DNA from: Thermodesulfobacteriota bacterium
GTDB lineage: Bacteria; Thermosulfidibacterota; Thermosulfidibacteria; Thermosulfidibacterales; B14-G1
Assembly: GCA_024274915.1 (NCBI GenBank)
Contig: JAJSAC010000073.1
Span: forward strand, 878 to 64,877
Direction: 5' to 3'
Length of the DNA stretch: 64,000 nt
A program made the translations under genes and the position numbers. The notes under the pieces were generated by a model, which saw only the letters and a program-made list of their open reading frames with translations, did no database searches and was not told the DNA's origin. Below are positions 61,673 through 64,000 of the stretch, one piece after another; position 1 is the stretch's first letter, and each line of letters begins with the position of its first letter.

Positions 61673-62405
61673 CTGGAAGATGCACAAGACGGTGCCCCAG
61701 GCCCTGGAACTGGTGGAGGAGCTGAGGGGACTGGTGGAAGGGGAGCAGGGTGTGGAGATCGCGGTGGCCCCTCCCTTTGTAGCTCTGCACCCCGTGGCCC
61801 AGGTCTTGAGGAGCTCGGTGATAAAGCTGGCAGCCCAGGACTGTTTTTGGGAAGAGGAGGGTGCCTATACCGGAGAAGTCTCTCCTGTGATGCTGGCCGA
61901 TGTTGGCTGTGCCTATTGTATCGTGGGGCACTCGGAGCGGCGGTGCATCTTTGGCGAGACCAGCGAAGGTGTGGCCAGAAAGGCCCGGGCCCTTTTGAAC
62001 CATGGCATCTCCCCTATAGTGTGTGTAGGAGAGACCCTGGAGGAGCGGGACAGGGGAGAAGCCCTTCATGTGGTAGGGGAGCAACTGGGTGGGTCTCTAG
62101 CAAGCCTTTCAGCGGAGGATATGGTCCGGGTAGTGATAGCCTACGAACCTGTCTGGGCCATCGGAACGGGCAGGACAGCCACCCCCCAGCAGGCCCAGGA
62201 GATGCACGCCTTTATCCGTCGGTGGGTGGTGGAGAAGTTCGGTGGGGATGTTGCCTCTGGCCTCACCATTCTGTATGGTGGCTCCGTTAAACCGGAGAAC
62301 ATCCGTGGCCTTATGGCCATGGATGACATAGACGGGGCGTTGGTGGGAGGTGCCAGCTTAAGGGCCACCTCCTTCGCCCAGATAGTACAGGGAGGTAAGG
62401 GATAG
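61647..62405 (+). CDS. tpiA: triose-phosphate isomerase
   Basis: FIAGNWKMHKT, IVGHSERR, AYEPVWAIGTG and YGGSVKPEN. The start is set at ATG 61647 (MRRPFIAG). Confidence 0.95.
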   Translation: MRRPFIAGNWKMHKTVPQALELVEELRGLVEGEQGVEIAVAPPFVALHPVAQVLRSSVIKLAAQDCFWEEEGAYTGEVSPVMLADVGCAYCIVGHSERRCIFGETSEGVARKARALLNHGISPIVCVGETLEERDRGEALHVVGEQLGGSLASLSAEDMVRVVIAYEPVWAIGTGRTATPQQAQEMHAFIRRWVVEKFGGDVASGLTILYGGSVKPENIRGLMAMDDIDGALVGGASLRATSFAQIVQGGKG

Positions 62406-62821
62406 TGGTAACGCTTTTGGTAGCACTTCACGTGTTGGTCTGTATAGTGTTGATTCTGGTGATCTTGCTCCAGGCAGGTAAAGGGGCTGAAATGGGCGCC
62501 ACTTTTGGCGTGGGCTCTTCATCCCCTGTTTTTGGTCCCAGGGGGCCTACGCCCCTGCTGGCCAAGGTGACGGTGGGGGCGGCGGTGGTTTTCATGGCTA
62601 CCTCTTTGGTACTCACCATCTTTGCCTCTCGCCAGGAGATGCCCTCTCTCCTGAAGAGTGTTCAGCCTCCGGGAGTAGAGAAGCCTTTGAAGAGGTCTCC
62701 TGGCCCCAACCCAGTCTCCCCTACAGGCCCTCAGGGTAAGCCTTCGGGAGGGGGCTCAGCCTCTAACCCTTCTTCTCCCATACCCTCCCAAGGGGGTGGT
62801 GGCCAGAGTCATGGCCGATGA
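62405..62821 (+). CDS. secG: preprotein translocase subunit SecG with a long Pro/Gly/Ser-rich tail
   Basis: LVILLQAGKGAEMGATFG plus a second TM, followed by a ~55-aa low-complexity tail. The GTG start overlaps the tpiA stop. Confidence 0.85.
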   Translation: MVTLLVALHVLVCIVLILVILLQAGKGAEMGATFGVGSSSPVFGPRGPTPLLAKVTVGAAVVFMATSLVLTIFASRQEMPSLLKSVQPPGVEKPLKRSPGPNPVSPTGPQGKPSGGGSASNPSSPIPSQGGGGQSHGR

Positions 62822-63914
62822 TCGGCTCAAGATCCTGAGGGAAGAAATAGACAGGCTGGACGGGGAACTCCTCAGGCTTCTGAACCTCCGGGCCCAAAAG
62901 GCCTTGGAGATAGGGGAGATTAAGAAGAGGGAGGGCCTTCCCCTCTATATCCCCCATCGGGAGAAGGAAGTCTTGGAGCGGCTGGTGAAGGCCAACCCGG
63001 GGCCCTTCCCTTCAGGCGCCTTGGAGGTGATTTTCAGGGAGGTGATTTCTGCCTGCCTGTCCCTCCAGAGACCAGTGAAGGTGGCCTATTTGGGCCCAGA
63101 GGCTACCCACACCCATCAAGCGGCTCTGGAGTACTTCGGTACTTCGGGGGAGTTCCTACCCGTGAGGTTTGTGGAGGGGGTGTTCCAGGCCGTGGAGAAG
63201 GGGCAGACCCACTATGGGGTGGTGCCCTTTGAGAATTCCACGGAGGGTGTGGTGAGTTCCACCTTGGATATGTTCTTTTCTTCTCCCGTGAAGATTGTGG
63301 GGGAGATATACCTTCGCATATCCCACCATCTCTTGTGCCTTTCCGGCGATAGACGGGACGTGAAGAGGGTTTACAGCCATCCTCAGGCCACGGCCCAGTG
63401 TAAAAGGTGGTTGTCTCTACACCTGTCCGGAGTGCCTGTGGTGGATGTGTCCAGTACGGCTGAGGCTGCTTCCCGGGCGGCCCATGATCCCGGTGCCGGT
63501 GCCATTGCCAGCGAGACAGCGGCCCTTCTCTATGGCCTCAAGGTGGCCCAGGCCGGGATAGAAGATGTGAAAGAGAACTACACCCGGTTTTTGATCTTGG
63601 GCCGTGAGGAGATGGACTCTACAGGGAAAGATAAGACCTCCCTTCTGTTTTCCGCTCCCCACGAAGTGGGAGCTTTATGCCGCATTCTCCAGGTCTTTGC
63701 CCAGGCGGGAATAAACCTCACCAAGATCGAATCCAGGCCTTCCAAGGAGAAGGCTTGGGACTACTTGTTTTATGTTGACTTTGAAGGCCACGCCAGGGAA
63801 GATAAGGTGAAACAGGCCTTGGAGGCCATTAAGGGTATGGCCCTCACCCTAAAGGTGCTGGGTTCTTACCCCAGATACCGGAAGGAAGGAGACGAGTATG
63901 AGAGGAAGGCTTAA
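62811..63914 (+). CDS. pheA: bifunctional chorismate mutase / prephenate dehydratase (P-protein)
   Basis: CM domain LREEIDRLDGELLRLLNLRAQ, PDT domain VAYLGPEATHTHQAA and TRFLIL, and ACT domain LCRILQVFAQAGINLTKIESRP. Confidence 0.93.
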   Translation: MADDRLKILREEIDRLDGELLRLLNLRAQKALEIGEIKKREGLPLYIPHREKEVLERLVKANPGPFPSGALEVIFREVISACLSLQRPVKVAYLGPEATHTHQAALEYFGTSGEFLPVRFVEGVFQAVEKGQTHYGVVPFENSTEGVVSSTLDMFFSSPVKIVGEIYLRISHHLLCLSGDRRDVKRVYSHPQATAQCKRWLSLHLSGVPVVDVSSTAEAASRAAHDPGAGAIASETAALLYGLKVAQAGIEDVKENYTRFLILGREEMDSTGKDKTSLLFSAPHEVGALCRILQVFAQAGINLTKIESRPSKEKAWDYLFYVDFEGHAREDKVKQALEAIKGMALTLKVLGSYPRYRKEGDEYERKA

Positions 63915-64000
63915 GAAAGGACTTCTGGTGGTGTCCCTTCTCGCTTTGATGGTGGCGGGGACGTCTTCTCTCCTTATAGGGGGGGTGGGAGAGGAGGGAG
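63898..64000 (+). CDS. 5' end of a signal-peptide protein gene running off the window
   Basis: ATG 63898 overlaps the pheA 3' end. It translates as MRGRLKKGLLVVSLLALMVAGTSSLLIGG, a basic n-region plus hydrophobic core. Only 34 codons are visible. Confidence 0.35.
   Translation, partial: MRGRLKKGLLVVSLLALMVAGTSSLLIGGVGEEG

Overview
The window is a GC-rich bacterial chromosome segment from a Gram-negative-type cell envelope (AsmA, lipoprotein, prepilin peptidase, SecG). Its proteins are E/K/R/V-rich, which suggests a thermophile (inference). It spans the replication-origin neighbourhood. dnaA-dnaN-gyrB-gatA run leftward on the minus strand and glmU-glmS and following genes run rightward on the plus strand, diverging from a DnaA-box-bearing spacer at about 27.75-28.26 kb. 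Most of the window is housekeeping:
- pyrE, murJ-like, guaB, asd, purH
- glmU, glmS, dut, recO-like, pilD-like, rnhA
- Nif3/COG1579 pair, xth, aspS, hisS
- gap-pgk-tpiA-secG-pheA

Stable RNAs on the minus strand are tmRNA (13525-13880), RNase P RNA (about 42103-42506) and tRNA(CAU) (44559-44632).

Accessory or unusual content:
1. An unnamed MITE-like repeat family with three copies. Two are complete, with 13-bp terminal inverted repeats and flanking direct duplications, and one of these lies in the oriC spacer. All carry a nested palindrome and a variable heptamer tract (4, 5 and 1 units).
2. A decayed islet at 7.2-9.9 kb. It holds a DUF2442/DUF4160 pair, a tail-anchored K/A-rich protein, twin near-identical promoters, 4 x 23-nt iteron-like repeats and a doubly truncated STAND/pentapeptide/WD40 gene.
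3. An archaeal-type Rnl3 RNA ligase convergent with its PIN-domain partner, next to ssrA.
4. A secreted vWA protein followed by a 1079-aa orphan secreted protein.
5. A translationally coupled chain cstA / 93-aa protein / ArsA(GET3)-like ATPase / membrane-anchored 209-aa protein / GGDEF-HD-GYP protein. I rate this the best candidate for an uncharacterised system.
6. A RumA/RlmD-type methyltransferase interrupted by one in-frame TAG.

No CRISPR array, rRNA, integrase or transposase gene is visible. All calls rest on reading the sequence and ORF translations. No database search or numerical computation was run.
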